Origin: Candidatus Cloacimonadales bacterium
GTDB lineage: Bacteria; Cloacimonadota; Cloacimonadia; Cloacimonadales; JAFGVF01
Assembly (NCBI GenBank): GCA_963677815.1
Contig: OY782499.1
Span: 613,252-677,251, forward strand
Length of the DNA stretch: 64,000 bases
Reading direction: 5' to 3'
A model generated the notes under the pieces. The model saw only the letters and a program-made list of their open reading frames with translations. It was not told the DNA's origin and ran no database searches. Shown here in pieces: positions 8,732 to 18,504 of this stretch; position 1 is the stretch's first letter, and each line of letters starts with the position of its first letter. The position numbers and the translations under genes are program-made.

Positions 8732-9991
8732 TTGCTAGTTAGTAATATTATATTCTTTAATATGAAAAAACAAGAATTAAAGAAAATAATAAATCTTATC
8801 TCAGAAAAAATCAAAGGCAGTGAATTTGAGAATAATACCTTTTTAGTTGGTGGTTATGTGCGTGATTTCTTACTAAAAAACCCACTTAATGATTTAGATT
8901 TTGTAGTCAATTTACCACAAGGTGGGATTAAACTAGCAAGCTATCTTTTTAAAAAAAGGCTTTGTAGTCCACCAGTAATTTATAAGCGTTTTGGTACTGC
9001 TATGGTACATATCTCTAGCCATAAAGTTGAGTTTGTAATGACCAGATCAGAATCTTACCAAGCTAAAGACAGAAATCCAGAGGTAGTATTTGCTTCTCTG
9101 AGAGAAGATGCTTTTAGACGTGACTTCACCATCAATTCTCTCTATTATAACATTTCTACCCAAGAAATTATTGATGTTACAGAAAGAGGGCTTAATGATC
9201 TAAAAAGTAAGTTAATTAGATCTACTTCTGATCCAGATTTAATATTTAAAGAAGACCCTTTGAGAATCCTTAGAGCTATTAGATTTGCAGCTAGACTTAA
9301 TTTCACTATAGAAGAGAAAACTTTACAAGGTATCATTAAGTGGAAAGACCATCTGCAATATATCAGTATAGAAAGAATAAAAGATGAATTTATTTCTATG
9401 ATATTACATAAAGGTTTTTTGCAAGCTCTTTTCTTAAGCTATAAGACTGGGCTTATCATATATATCCTAAAACCTATGTGTGGTCTTGAAAAGTCTCTTG
9501 AGCAAATACTAGAAAACATAGATTTATATCCAAGGGACTTACTTATAAGATTAGCCTTATTAGCAATCCCTTGTCCTGATAAAAAGGCTTTGGCTCAAGC
9601 TTTATTTAGATTAACTATTAAGCAAAAGCTGGTTCAGAAAGCTATTAAGATAGCTGAATGCGTCCAAAACCTTCTAAATCTTAAGCAAATAGAATCTCTA
9701 AACTATTTCATCTATACCAATCTAGAAGTATTGCCATCTGCCTTAGAAATATTAACTTTGAGTTTTCCTGATTACAAAAAAAATCAAATGATTAAAGACA
9801 AAATTGAGATATTTAACCAGTCAAGTTATCCCCTAACAGGAATTAAAATAATCAAGAGATTGGGACTAAGAAGTAATGAGGAGAAGAATTATTATATTAA
9901 AAAAGCTAAGAGAATTTGGATTGAGAATCCTAGTCTTAGTGGGGAAGAAATAATTAGAGGATTAAAGAAACCCCAAACCACTAAAAATTAA
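8732..9991 (+). CDS. tRNA nucleotidyltransferase / poly(A) polymerase family protein (CCA-adding enzyme-like)
   Basis: The GGYVRDFLL...DLDFVV and RRDFTINSLYY motifs belong to the PolyA_pol head domain. The likely true start is the internal MKKQELKK at 8762. Confidence 0.8.
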   Translation: MLVSNIIFFNMKKQELKKIINLISEKIKGSEFENNTFLVGGYVRDFLLKNPLNDLDFVVNLPQGGIKLASYLFKKRLCSPPVIYKRFGTAMVHISSHKVEFVMTRSESYQAKDRNPEVVFASLREDAFRRDFTINSLYYNISTQEIIDVTERGLNDLKSKLIRSTSDPDLIFKEDPLRILRAIRFAARLNFTIEEKTLQGIIKWKDHLQYISIERIKDEFISMILHKGFLQALFLSYKTGLIIYILKPMCGLEKSLEQILENIDLYPRDLLIRLALLAIPCPDKKALAQALFRLTIKQKLVQKAIKIAECVQNLLNLKQIESLNYFIYTNLEVLPSALEILTLSFPDYKKNQMIKDKIEIFNQSSYPLTGIKIIKRLGLRSNEEKNYYIKKAKRIWIENPSLSGEEIIRGLKKPQTTKN

Positions 9992-10016
9992 CAGTCTGGG
10001 GTTTAAGCTATATTTT

Positions 10017-11450
10017 TTATACGTTATAGTATAAAGCCATTTCCATTGGATGAGGTCTATTATTAACTTCAGCAACTTCTTTACGCTTTAAAGCTATGAA
10101 AGATTCAATAAGTTCTTTATTGAAAACATCACCAGCAAGTAAGTAGTCATGATCAGCTTCTAAAGCATCTAAGGCACCTGAAAGATTTTCAGGGATAGAT
10201 TCGATAGTAGCTTTTCTTTCTTCAGACCAATTGAATACATTATCATCATGTGGACCAAAGTTATGTCCAGTTCCGTCTAATTTCCTATTAATACCATCTA
10301 AGCCGGCAAGTAAAAGAGCTGACATTGCTAAGTAAGGATTACAGGTTGCGTCACCTGTACGGTACTCAAATCTCTTAGTTTCTTCAGTTGTTGCATATTT
10401 AGGAATTCTTATAGCAGCAGATCTATTAGCTAAGCCAAAGAAGAGTTTAGTTGGCGCTTCAAATCCAGGTAATAATCTCTTATATGAGTTAGTTGATGGA
10501 TTAGTGAAAGCAGCTAAGGAACGCCCATGAGTTAATACACCTCTCATGAACCAAATAGCTTCATCAGATAAGTCAGCATAGCCACCTTTTTTCCAGAAAA
10601 TATTTTTTCCATTCTTCTTTAGCATCATATGGAAGTGCATACCATTTCCTGCTTCATTATAGATAGGTTTAGGCATAAAAGTAGCAGTGAAACCGTTTTC
10701 TAAAGAAACTCTTCTAATAATATCTTTAATAACTTTAGTGTCATCACATGCTTTAGGGAAAGCTAATAACTCAGTTTCAATTTCTTGCTGAGAAGATAAA
10801 CCAACTTCGTGATGATTATATCTTACATCAATGTTTAAACTTTCAATAATTTCACACATCTGTAAGCGAAGTCCATAGAATCTATCATGAGGATTATCCA
10901 TGTGATAACCCTTAGTATGAGATTGAGCTAAACCGTTATAATCAACACAGTCTTGAGGGAAACATTGTTTATCTTCTGAAGATGATATTTGACAGCTCAC
11001 ATTAAAATTTGAGTTAGTATATTTAACATCATCAAAGATATGGAACTCAAATTCAGGAATCCAGTAAGAAGTATCAGCAATACCAGTAGATTCTAAATAT
11101 TTCTGAGCTCTGATAGCAACAGAACGTGGGTCTTTTTTAACACCAATTCTTGTTTCTGCATCACATATTGAGCAAAGAATTCTAAGTACTTTACCATCGA
11201 ATTCATAATCTGAAATTGGGTCAATATGAGCTGAAGTTAAATCAGGCATTAAAACCATGTCACCAGATTCAACAGCCTTCATTCCTGGAATACTAGAGCC
11301 ATCAAAAGGGACTCCTAGTTCAATAACACTTTCTAGCCTAGCTGCTGGAAAAGAGATATGATACCACTTACCATCAAGGCCTGCATATTTCAAATCAACA
11401 GCTTTGATTTCTTTAGCATCAATCATCTCTTGAATTTTCTTTAATTCCAT
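10017..11450 (-). CDS. glnA: Glutamine synthetase, type I
   Basis: 477 aa. Has a beta-grasp N-terminus (VDLKYAGLDGKWYHISFP), a catalytic domain with NGMHFHM, and KRLLPGFEAP / SAAIRIP motifs. Confidence 0.95.
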   Translation of the reverse strand: MELKKIQEMIDAKEIKAVDLKYAGLDGKWYHISFPAARLESVIELGVPFDGSSIPGMKAVESGDMVLMPDLTSAHIDPISDYEFDGKVLRILCSICDAETRIGVKKDPRSVAIRAQKYLESTGIADTSYWIPEFEFHIFDDVKYTNSNFNVSCQISSSEDKQCFPQDCVDYNGLAQSHTKGYHMDNPHDRFYGLRLQMCEIIESLNIDVRYNHHEVGLSSQQEIETELLAFPKACDDTKVIKDIIRRVSLENGFTATFMPKPIYNEAGNGMHFHMMLKKNGKNIFWKKGGYADLSDEAIWFMRGVLTHGRSLAAFTNPSTNSYKRLLPGFEAPTKLFFGLANRSAAIRIPKYATTEETKRFEYRTGDATCNPYLAMSALLLAGLDGINRKLDGTGHNFGPHDDNVFNWSEERKATIESIPENLSGALDALEADHDYLLAGDVFNKELIESFIALKRKEVAEVNNRPHPMEMALYYNV

Positions 11451-11608
11451 CGATTCTCCTCGGAAATACAGAAGTATTCCCTTCTTTTTATTTTATTTTT
11501 GTCTTTATTTATCTAGAGAAGAAAATAGTGATAGTAGCCTATAAAACTATCTATCACCTTTTCTAACAATTTTCTAAGTAATTTATATATTTTCTCTTGA
11601 TCACTAAA

Positions 11609-12271
11609 TTAGAGAAGAATATTTATCATTTGTGCGAAGAAGCCCCAAATAATTTGAAAAGGTCTATTGATTATCAGTCCTATTATCGATATATTTAATA
11701 AAGAACCTGCCACAAGAGCACCAAGAATGATATACATTCCATAGCGTTCGAGTTTAGAGTATTTAATATAAGCTTCATCAGACAGAAAAGCACCTACAAT
11801 TCTAGAACCATCAAGAGGTGGTACTGGAATTAGATTAAACAGGGCTAAGAAAATATTAACTTGCATGGTAAGCCTTATAACATTGAAAGCTCTGACTGTT
11901 TCTCCAAGTCCAGCTCTTGCTAAAATCACATAAACAATAGCCAAAATGAAAGTTATTACAAAGTTAGCTAATGGGCCTGCAGCTCCAGTAATTCCCATGC
12001 CTTTCTTATAATTATTAAAGTTATAAGGATTTATCGGTACAGGTTTGGCATAACCAAAAGCAAATCCTGCTGTAGTAAATAGAATTATTGGTAAAATTAT
12101 AGTACCAAAAATATCTACATGATGCAGAGGATTTAGAGAAAGTCTTCCCATTCTTTTAGCTGTATCATCTCCTAATAAATATGCAGCATATCCATGACTA
12201 ATCTCATGAATTACGATAGACATAAAGATAAAGAAGAAGGCTAAAACTTGGGTTGGGAAATCCATATTCAT
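11609..12271 (-). CDS. Site-2 protease family (peptidase M50) membrane metalloprotease
   Basis: 220 aa and polytopic. Has HEISHGYAA (HExxH) and LNLIPVPPLDGSR motifs. Confidence 0.8.
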   Translation of the reverse strand: MNMDFPTQVLAFFFIFMSIVIHEISHGYAAYLLGDDTAKRMGRLSLNPLHHVDIFGTIILPIILFTTAGFAFGYAKPVPINPYNFNNYKKGMGITGAAGPLANFVITFILAIVYVILARAGLGETVRAFNVIRLTMQVNIFLALFNLIPVPPLDGSRIVGAFLSDEAYIKYSKLERYGMYIILGALVAGSLLNISIIGLIINRPFQIIWGFFAQMINILL

Positions 12272-12288
12272 AATTTGCTCCTAATTAT

Positions 12289-13491
12289 CTATTTTTTTAT
12301 AATTTTGGCAAATCTTCTTTTACCAACTTTGACAATAATCTCGCCAGATAATTCAATTTCTAGGTCTGGATTAGTAATCTTTTCACCATCAATGGAGACT
12401 GCATTTTGTTTAATCATTCTTTTAGCTTCTCCGTTTGTTTTACATAAATTTGTATCTGTAAGTAATTTAATAATCCAGATTTTATCTTCATCAAAAGAAA
12501 ATTCTTCTATATCATCAGGAATATTACCCTTAGCAAAAACAGAGTTAAAAGCATCATCTTCTGCTTGGGCAATTTCTTGACCATGATAGATTTTCACTAA
12601 TTCACGAGCTAATAATTGTTTTAGATTTTTTGGATTCTCACCTTGTTCTAATCTATTTTTTACTGCATCAATTTCTTCATCTGTGTAGTTAGTTGCATAA
12701 GTAAAGTAATTAATAATAAGACTATCCGGTATAGACATCACTTTACCATATTTATCTTTTGGTGTATCAAAAACTGCTATATAGTTATTTAAAGATTTGC
12801 CCATCTTATTAACACCGTCTGTACCCATTAAAATTGGAGACATTATGGCTACTTGTTCTTCCTGGTTATGGTAACGTTGCATATCACGACCAGCAAGAAG
12901 ATTAAATTTCTGCTCAGTTGCTCCAAGCTCAATATCAGATTCAATAGCTACTGAATCATAACCTTGTAATATTGGATACATAATTTCATGCATACCTAAG
13001 GGAAGTCCATTTTCATATCTCTTTCTAAAAGTATCATGGGCTAAGAACTGGGCTAAAGTAAACCTTCCCATTAATTTAATAACATCTGCCATAGTCATGT
13101 TACCAAACCATTCAGTCTGAAATCTCACCTCAGTTTTATCCTTATCTAAAACTGTATAAAGCTGATCCATATATTTTTCACAGTTCTTCATTATTTGTTC
13201 TTTAGTTAATGGAGGACGAGTTTCATTCTTTCCTGTAGGGTCTCCGATTTGAGCAGTGAAGTCACCAATAATAATTACCCCTATATGTCCTAAATCTTGG
13301 AATTGTCTCATCTTTCTGATTGGCACAAGATGTCCAATATGCACTTGTGACCCTGTTGGATCTATACCATATTTAACTCTTAGAGGTTTACCTGTTTTAG
13401 CTGATTTCTTTAGTTTTGCAATTAGTTGTTCTTCAGGGACTATTTCTTCAACCCCTTTTTTCAGCAATTTTACTTGTTCTTCTATAGTCAT
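12289..13491 (-). CDS. tyrS: Tyrosine--tRNA ligase
   Basis: 400 aa. Has a HIGH-type motif (VHIGHLVP), a KMSKS-type motif (KMGKS) and a C-terminal S4-like domain. Confidence 0.95.
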   Translation of the reverse strand: MTIEEQVKLLKKGVEEIVPEEQLIAKLKKSAKTGKPLRVKYGIDPTGSQVHIGHLVPIRKMRQFQDLGHIGVIIIGDFTAQIGDPTGKNETRPPLTKEQIMKNCEKYMDQLYTVLDKDKTEVRFQTEWFGNMTMADVIKLMGRFTLAQFLAHDTFRKRYENGLPLGMHEIMYPILQGYDSVAIESDIELGATEQKFNLLAGRDMQRYHNQEEQVAIMSPILMGTDGVNKMGKSLNNYIAVFDTPKDKYGKVMSIPDSLIINYFTYATNYTDEEIDAVKNRLEQGENPKNLKQLLARELVKIYHGQEIAQAEDDAFNSVFAKGNIPDDIEEFSFDEDKIWIIKLLTDTNLCKTNGEAKRMIKQNAVSIDGEKITNPDLEIELSGEIIVKVGKRRFAKIIKK

Positions 13492-13757
13492 TTTTATTAC
13501 CTCTTTTTCATATCTAAGATATTGCGATATTTTACTAACTGCATCATTTAAAAAGCCTTTTTTTACGTCAAGGAAAAAAGTAGGACAAGGAAAGCAGGTA
13601 AGATGTGATTATTGATGATAAATTATGTTCTATTTTTCCTGCTTTAATAAAAAAAATATTTTCATAGAAAAAATATCTTGCCATAATATTATTACTTGTA
13701 TAAATTTGCAACAAGATGTGAAATATTAAAACAAAAAAATGGAAGGAGAATTTAAGT

Positions 13758-15623
13758 ATGAAAAAAGCAACTATTTTTGCAATGTTGTTACTTAGTTTAC
13801 TTTCTCTTACAGCAGCTCAATTGAATGTTGTGGGAGAGGTGTTCACAGAATCTTGGTGAGGATACTGTCCACGCGCAAGAACAGGTCTGTTCAATCTTTA
13901 TAATAACCACCCTAATGTTGTCCCACTTATCTGGCAAGGTGACTCTTCTAATCAATCCCCAAACTACTCTTCAAGAAGAGGACTTGTAGGTTCTAATTCT
14001 CAAGGTATTCCTCAAACAGCTTTCCAAGGTACTGAATTAGAAGTTGGTGCAGCAACTGATGCTTACAATGCACAATTCTTACCTATCTATAACAATTTAA
14101 TCAATAATGAATCTCCAATGGTTATCAGTTCATTCTTGTTAGGTAGCAATGGAGAATTCACTATTAACGCTAACGTTGAGTTAGAACAAAACTTTGACAA
14201 CGCAGATGTAAAAGTTCTCTATGTTTTAACAAGATTTATCGATAACAGCTATTTTTCTTCAGTTATTGCTTATGCTGAAGAAGATTTTACTCTTTCAACA
14301 GCTGGGCAAAGTGAAAACTATAGTCATTCATTCTCTGTTAACTCAAACTGGGATGATTCAACAATCAAGGGTTTTGTTTTAGTTCAAAGAATGCTTACAG
14401 GTGATTCTGAAATTTATCAAGCTGATGAAGCAGGTTCTGCTGCTGTATCAATGACAGAAGCTAATTTCGGTCCAGCTTATATTGGTTCTAATTTCAGTAA
14501 AACTTTCTTAGTAGCTAATATTAGTACTTCAACTACAACAATTTCTATGACTATGGATGCTCCTGGTTTTGAAGTATCTGGTGAAATGAATTATACCTTA
14601 GAATCTGGTGCTATTCAAAGCCATACAATAACTTTCTTACCAACTGCAGAACAAAACTACGGTGGATTTATCAATATCTCAACAGATATCCCTGGTTTTG
14701 AAAATAATATGATTACTCTTTCAGGTTCAGGTTTTGCTAATGAAGCTCCTTCAGCTGAAAATTTCAGATTTGATGGTGTACTAATGAGAGAATTTTCTGT
14801 AGATGTGATTTATGATTTTGTAGATGCAGATGAAGATGCTGAAGGTCAAACAATGATGTCTTGGGAAATTTCTGATGATGGTGAAAACTGGTCTGATTTT
14901 ACAAACATTAATGCTGATATCCAAACCTTGTATTTTACTAGCAATCATGTTGGAAAATACTTCAGATTCACTCTTTTACCTTATGATGAGCACCAAATGC
15001 CTGGTCAAGAAATGTCTATTGTTACCCCTTATCCTGTTAGTGACTTAGTTGCTCCAAGTAACTTTGGCTTTACTGTAGAAAATGGTAATGATATTATTCT
15101 TTCTTGGGAAGCTCCAGCTTTACCAGAAGTTAGAAGCCTTTTCGGTTATAAAATCCAAAGAGATGGCCAATATATCGCTACTATCATGGAAGCAGAGACT
15201 CTTACTTATACTGATGAAGCTGTAGAAGATGGTACTCATACTTATGTGATTAGAAGTATTTATGCTCCTGGTGGCCTATCAACTCCTTCAGATCCAATAG
15301 AAATCTATATTAATAATGGGGTTTCTAATGAGAATGATACTCAAGAGTTGATTGTTAGTAATACAAGTTACCCTAACCCATTTAGTACAAACTCTAATCT
15401 TGACATTCAAACAAAAGGTAACCAACATGTCCAAGTTGCTATCTATAACTTAAAAGGTCAGTTGATTAAGACTTTAGCTAATCAAACTTTTACCCAAGGT
15501 AATCATCAAATTACTTGGGATGGCTCTGATCAAAATGGAAACAAATGTTCTGACGGTGTTTACTTCTATAAAGTAGTAACTCCTGAAAAAACATTCTCTT
15601 CAAAAACAATTCTTATCAAATAG
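13758..15623 (+). CDS. Secreted thioredoxin-fold-like protein with a T9SS C-terminal sorting domain. It contains an in-frame TGA (13857-13859) at the first position of a W-[U]-G-Y-C-P redox motif, making it a candidate selenoprotein
   Basis: ATG 13758 follows SD ggaaggag and encodes a signal peptide (MKKATIFAMLLLSLLSLTAAQ). The frame is open through to ORF 14118..15623 except for a single TGA. The context is GEVFTESW-TGA-GYCPRAR, and the C-terminus is YPNPFSTNS...GVYFYKV. The ORF track reports only the part downstream of an internal Met. Confidence 0.7.
13879..13892 (+). promoter_or_regulatory. Candidate bacterial SECIS apical hairpin (gaaca-GGTC-tgttc), 20-33 nt downstream of the in-frame TGA
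   Basis: A 5-bp stem with a GGUC loop, the same loop sequence as the apical loop of the E. coli fdhF SECIS (recalled from memory). The stem is short and I found no obvious lower stem. Confidence 0.4.
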
Positions 15624-15656
15624 ATTTTATCTATTTGTAGAAAATATTCCACAAAA

Positions 15657-15680
15657 GCAGGTCTGAAGACCTGCTTTTTT
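15657..15680 (+). terminator. Rho-independent terminator after the candidate selenoprotein gene
   Basis: The hairpin gcaggtc-tgaa-gacctgc is followed by T6. Confidence 0.85.
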
Positions 15681-15786
15681 ATATTATATTTCTTTATATA
15701 ATCCGAATGGTGCAGTAGAGATTTAGAAAGACTAGATCTAAGAAAGCTACAGAGTAACGACATCTTTGTATATAACCATAAATAAT

Positions 15787-16256
15787 GGCTCAAGTTCAAG
15801 TCTAGTGGAAAAAATTTAATAAAATATATAAAATTTTATCATTAGTGTGATTATCCAAAGTATCCCTGAAAGGGATTAATAATTTAGCCTGGGGTAAGAT
15901 CCTATAAGGATCGTCACCCCAGGAACAATATCCAAAATTACGACCTAACCCTGTAAGGGTTTAATATAATGGTAACTAATTTTAATATTAAATCATTGGT
16001 ATATAAGTTTTTATTAAACCCTTACAGGGTTAGGCTTTTTATATACATCATTACCCAGGGTTGCAATACCTTCAGGATTTTACCCTGGGCTAAACTATTA
16101 ATCCCCTTTAGGGATATAAGATCTATCCTTTCAGGATTATGTCTTATTCTGCTAAAATAATACTAACAATAGTAACTTATAATCCGTAAACTACTGTAAT
16201 ACAATATCTAGTGCAAAATAATGCAACATAATTTCCACCAGACTTGAACTTGAGCC
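15787..16256 (+). mobile_element. Family D MITE-like element (470 bp) with 25-bp terminal inverted repeats and an 8-bp target-site duplication
   Basis: The terminal inverted repeats are ggctcaagttcaagtctagtggaaa and tttccaccagacttgaacttgagcc (24/25 complementary). TAAATAAT occurs at 15779-15786 and again at 16257-16264. The interior is two inverted ~150-bp halves, each with three hairpins. There is no credible ORF. Confidence 0.9.
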
Positions 16257-16314
16257 TAAATAATTGCTATATCCCCAAGGGATGAAAATACAGGGTTCGC
16301 TAGGCACTTTTTAT

Positions 16315-16413
16315 CCCAGATGGTGCAGTAGAGCTTTAGTAATACTTCGCTAAAGCTACGCCCTCACAAGAATAATATAGTGCTATTTTCAAAGTTCTAT
16401 TGCATTATTGGGT
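16315..16413. mobile_element. Family B element, short variant (99 bp), copy B3, with a 5-bp TSD
   Basis: Ends are cccagatggtgcagtagagc ... ctattgcattattggg. TTTAT lies at 16310-16314 and again at 16414-16418. Confidence 0.8.
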
Positions 16414-16427
16414 TTATATTAATTATC

Positions 16428-16486
16428 TCTTCCTTGTTACTCTCTCAATATAATAACAGTATTCTATTGGGAGAGTAACAATCAGC
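16428..16486. repeat. Family C palindrome, copy C2 (imperfect)
   Basis: The sequence ctcttccttgttactctctcaata ... tattgggagagtaacaatcag is homologous to C1. As at the window start, it sits just downstream of a B element. Confidence 0.8.
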
Positions 16487-16596
16487 TAACCTAGATGAAT
16501 GAACCCAAGCAATAAATAAAGAAAACTCCAAAGCATAATTTGACAAAAAGCTAAAGAATATTATTATGTATTAAATAATAAAAAATCGAGGATAAT

Positions 16597-17895
16597 ATGA
16601 AAATACTACTATTAATAGGAATCATTTTAACAAGTTTTACATTTCTTTCAGCAGACCTAGAAGATGATTTTATTCAAGCTTTAACTTCTAATAAATTCGA
16701 AGAAGCAGAAGCTTATTATAGTCCTGAACTAGCGAATGCTATTCAAAAGGGTAAATTAGAGGTGATTTGGAAGGGAATTCTGAGAAACACAGGTGATTAT
16801 GAGTATCTTGTAGAAAGCAAGAGAGAAGAGAGAGATGATTTTTATTCAGCAGTAGCAACTCTTAAGTTCGTAAATGTCTATATGGATGTGGTAATGACGG
16901 TCAACCAAGAAAATCAATTATCAGGTTTATTCTTCAGACCATCAGAGTACACAGGTGATTTAGAGCAGTTTCCAACTTATGTAGATAATGATAAGTTTAT
17001 TGAAGAAGATGTTCAGTTTGATTGCCAAGATTTTAGAATGTATGGAACTTTAACTGTTCCAAAAAATCAACGAGCATTTCCTATCGTAATTATGGCCACA
17101 GGTTCAGGTCCAAACGACAGAGATGAGAAAATCGGAGCAAACAAACCATTCAAAAATATTGCCCAAGGTTTAGCATCTTTAGGTGTTGCTAGTTTACGTT
17201 ATGATAAAAGGACCTATACTTATAAAAATGAAATTTTAAAAAAGATACCTGACTTCAATATAGACCATGAATACACTCAAGAAGTTTCTGCTGCAATTGA
17301 CTTTCTTGAAGAAAAGTATGCAGGTAGAAATATTTATTATTTAGGACACAGCATGGGAGCTTTCATGGTACCTAGAGTCTTAAACAAAAATCCTGAGATT
17401 AGAGGAGCTGTAATGTTAGCAGCAAATGCTAGACCACTAGAAGATTTAGTCCTAGAACAAACTGAATATATCATGGTAGAAACAGATGATGTAAATTCTG
17501 TGCGGTATGCTCTAATCGAAAAAGGTGTTGCTGAAGTTAAGAAGCTTAAAGATCTCGATAGCAAAGTAGAAGAACCCTTATTATTAGGTTTATCAAAAGA
17601 TTATTGGTTATCATTAAATCAGTATTCTCCTCTTAAAGAAGCTAAGAAAATTAATAGTCAAGTCTTGGTCCTTCAAGGTGAAAGAGATTACCAAGTCACA
17701 ATGGAAGACTATAGTATCTGGTTTAAGAAGTTTGGGAATAACAAGAGTTGGAGATTTCAATCTTACCCCGACCTTAACCACTTATTTATGTCAGGTCAAG
17801 GTAAATCTTTACCTAAAGAATATATGCAACCTGGTTTCGTAGCAGAAAAAGTAGTAAATGATATAGCAAGATTTATAAATAGTTTAGAGAAATAA
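16597..17895 (+). CDS. Secreted alpha/beta-hydrolase (serine hydrolase) with an N-terminal accessory domain
   Basis: 432 aa. Has a signal peptide, a GHSMGA nucleophile elbow and a C-terminal DLNHLF histidine motif. Confidence 0.8.
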   Translation: MKILLLIGIILTSFTFLSADLEDDFIQALTSNKFEEAEAYYSPELANAIQKGKLEVIWKGILRNTGDYEYLVESKREERDDFYSAVATLKFVNVYMDVVMTVNQENQLSGLFFRPSEYTGDLEQFPTYVDNDKFIEEDVQFDCQDFRMYGTLTVPKNQRAFPIVIMATGSGPNDRDEKIGANKPFKNIAQGLASLGVASLRYDKRTYTYKNEILKKIPDFNIDHEYTQEVSAAIDFLEEKYAGRNIYYLGHSMGAFMVPRVLNKNPEIRGAVMLAANARPLEDLVLEQTEYIMVETDDVNSVRYALIEKGVAEVKKLKDLDSKVEEPLLLGLSKDYWLSLNQYSPLKEAKKINSQVLVLQGERDYQVTMEDYSIWFKKFGNNKSWRFQSYPDLNHLFMSGQGKSLPKEYMQPGFVAEKVVNDIARFINSLEK

Positions 17896-17982
17896 TAGAT
17901 TTATATTTGACTAAAAAAAAAGCTTGCTACTTTTTACCCTTAAATTTTTGTGACATAGTTGAGTAACTCAAAAGGAGATATC

Positions 17983-18384
17983 ATGACTGATAAACAACAA
18001 ATGGAAGAAATATTAGATGAGCCATTAACTCTCACCTTAACCTTGGATGATGGAAAAGAATTGAATTGCGAAGTTTTAGCAACTCTTGAACACAATGATA
18101 AAGAATATATTGCTGTACTTCCAGAAAATGAAGATGAATTCTGGATTTATGAATATTCAGAAAACGAAGATGGTACTCTCAACATTGATAATATCGAAGA
18201 TGATTCAGTCTTTGATGAAGTTGGCAAAGCTTTTGAAGAAATGTTTGACGCAGAAGAAGATGTTGATGCTATGTTAGAAAATGACGAAGAAGATGATGAA
18301 GATAAATGCAATTGCGATTGTGATGATGATGATTGTGATTGTGATGATGATGACTGCGACTGCGGTTGTCATGACAAAAAATAG
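17983..18384 (+). CDS. DUF1292-like small acidic protein with a Cys/Asp-rich C-terminal tail
   Basis: ATG 17983 is preceded by SD aaaggag; the track's earlier TTG start is less likely. The core (...LDDGKELNCEVLATLEHNDKEYIAVLPENEDEFWIYEY...) resembles DUF1292. The tail is KCNCDCDDDDCDCDDDDCDCGCHDKK. A terminator lies at 18401-18427. Confidence 0.6.
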   Translation: MTDKQQMEEILDEPLTLTLTLDDGKELNCEVLATLEHNDKEYIAVLPENEDEFWIYEYSENEDGTLNIDNIEDDSVFDEVGKAFEEMFDAEEDVDAMLENDEEDDEDKCNCDCDDDDCDCDDDDCDCGCHDKK

Positions 18385-18400
18385 ATTTTTCTTTTAAAAA

Positions 18401-18427
18401 ACAGGGAAATATCCCTGTTTTTTTTTA
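18401..18427 (+). terminator. Rho-independent terminator after the DUF1292-like gene
   Basis: The hairpin acaggga-aata-tccctgt is followed by a T-run of about 10 and preceded by an A-run. Confidence 0.85.
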
Positions 18428-18504
18428 TTTCACTCTTTTCAAAGAAAAAAGCCCACAAATTTACTTAATCAATCCAAAAAATCAAACTTCTTAGGGAGGC
18501 CTTT

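Noticed and set aside
8629-8814. 61-aa minus-strand ORF, plus 15566-15799 and 36771-36974
   Set aside because: They overlap repeat or terminator sequence or the ends of better genes. They have no ribosome-binding site and no recognisable motif.
9968-10004. Bidirectional terminator between the convergent CCA-enzyme-like gene and glnA (aaacccca ... tggggttt)
   Set aside because: It is an 8-bp stem with a 21-nt loop and overlaps the last codons of the upstream gene. It is too weak to list as a feature.
13678-13704. Sigma-70-type promoter (ttgcca ... tataaa) for the candidate selenoprotein gene, and ttgaca at 44852 for the glycosyltransferase operon
   Set aside because: The spacing is suboptimal (15-16 nt, or no matching -10). 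The promoter consensus for this lineage is unknown to me, and in such AT-rich DNA these hexamers occur by chance.
13857-13859. TGA reassigned genome-wide (code 4 Trp or code 25 Gly) as the explanation for the split ORF
   Set aside because: TGA clearly terminates other well-supported genes in the window (21112-21114, 32726-32728, 63756-63758), each followed closely by the next gene's SD and start. Site-specific recoding (Sec) or a pseudogene are the remaining options.
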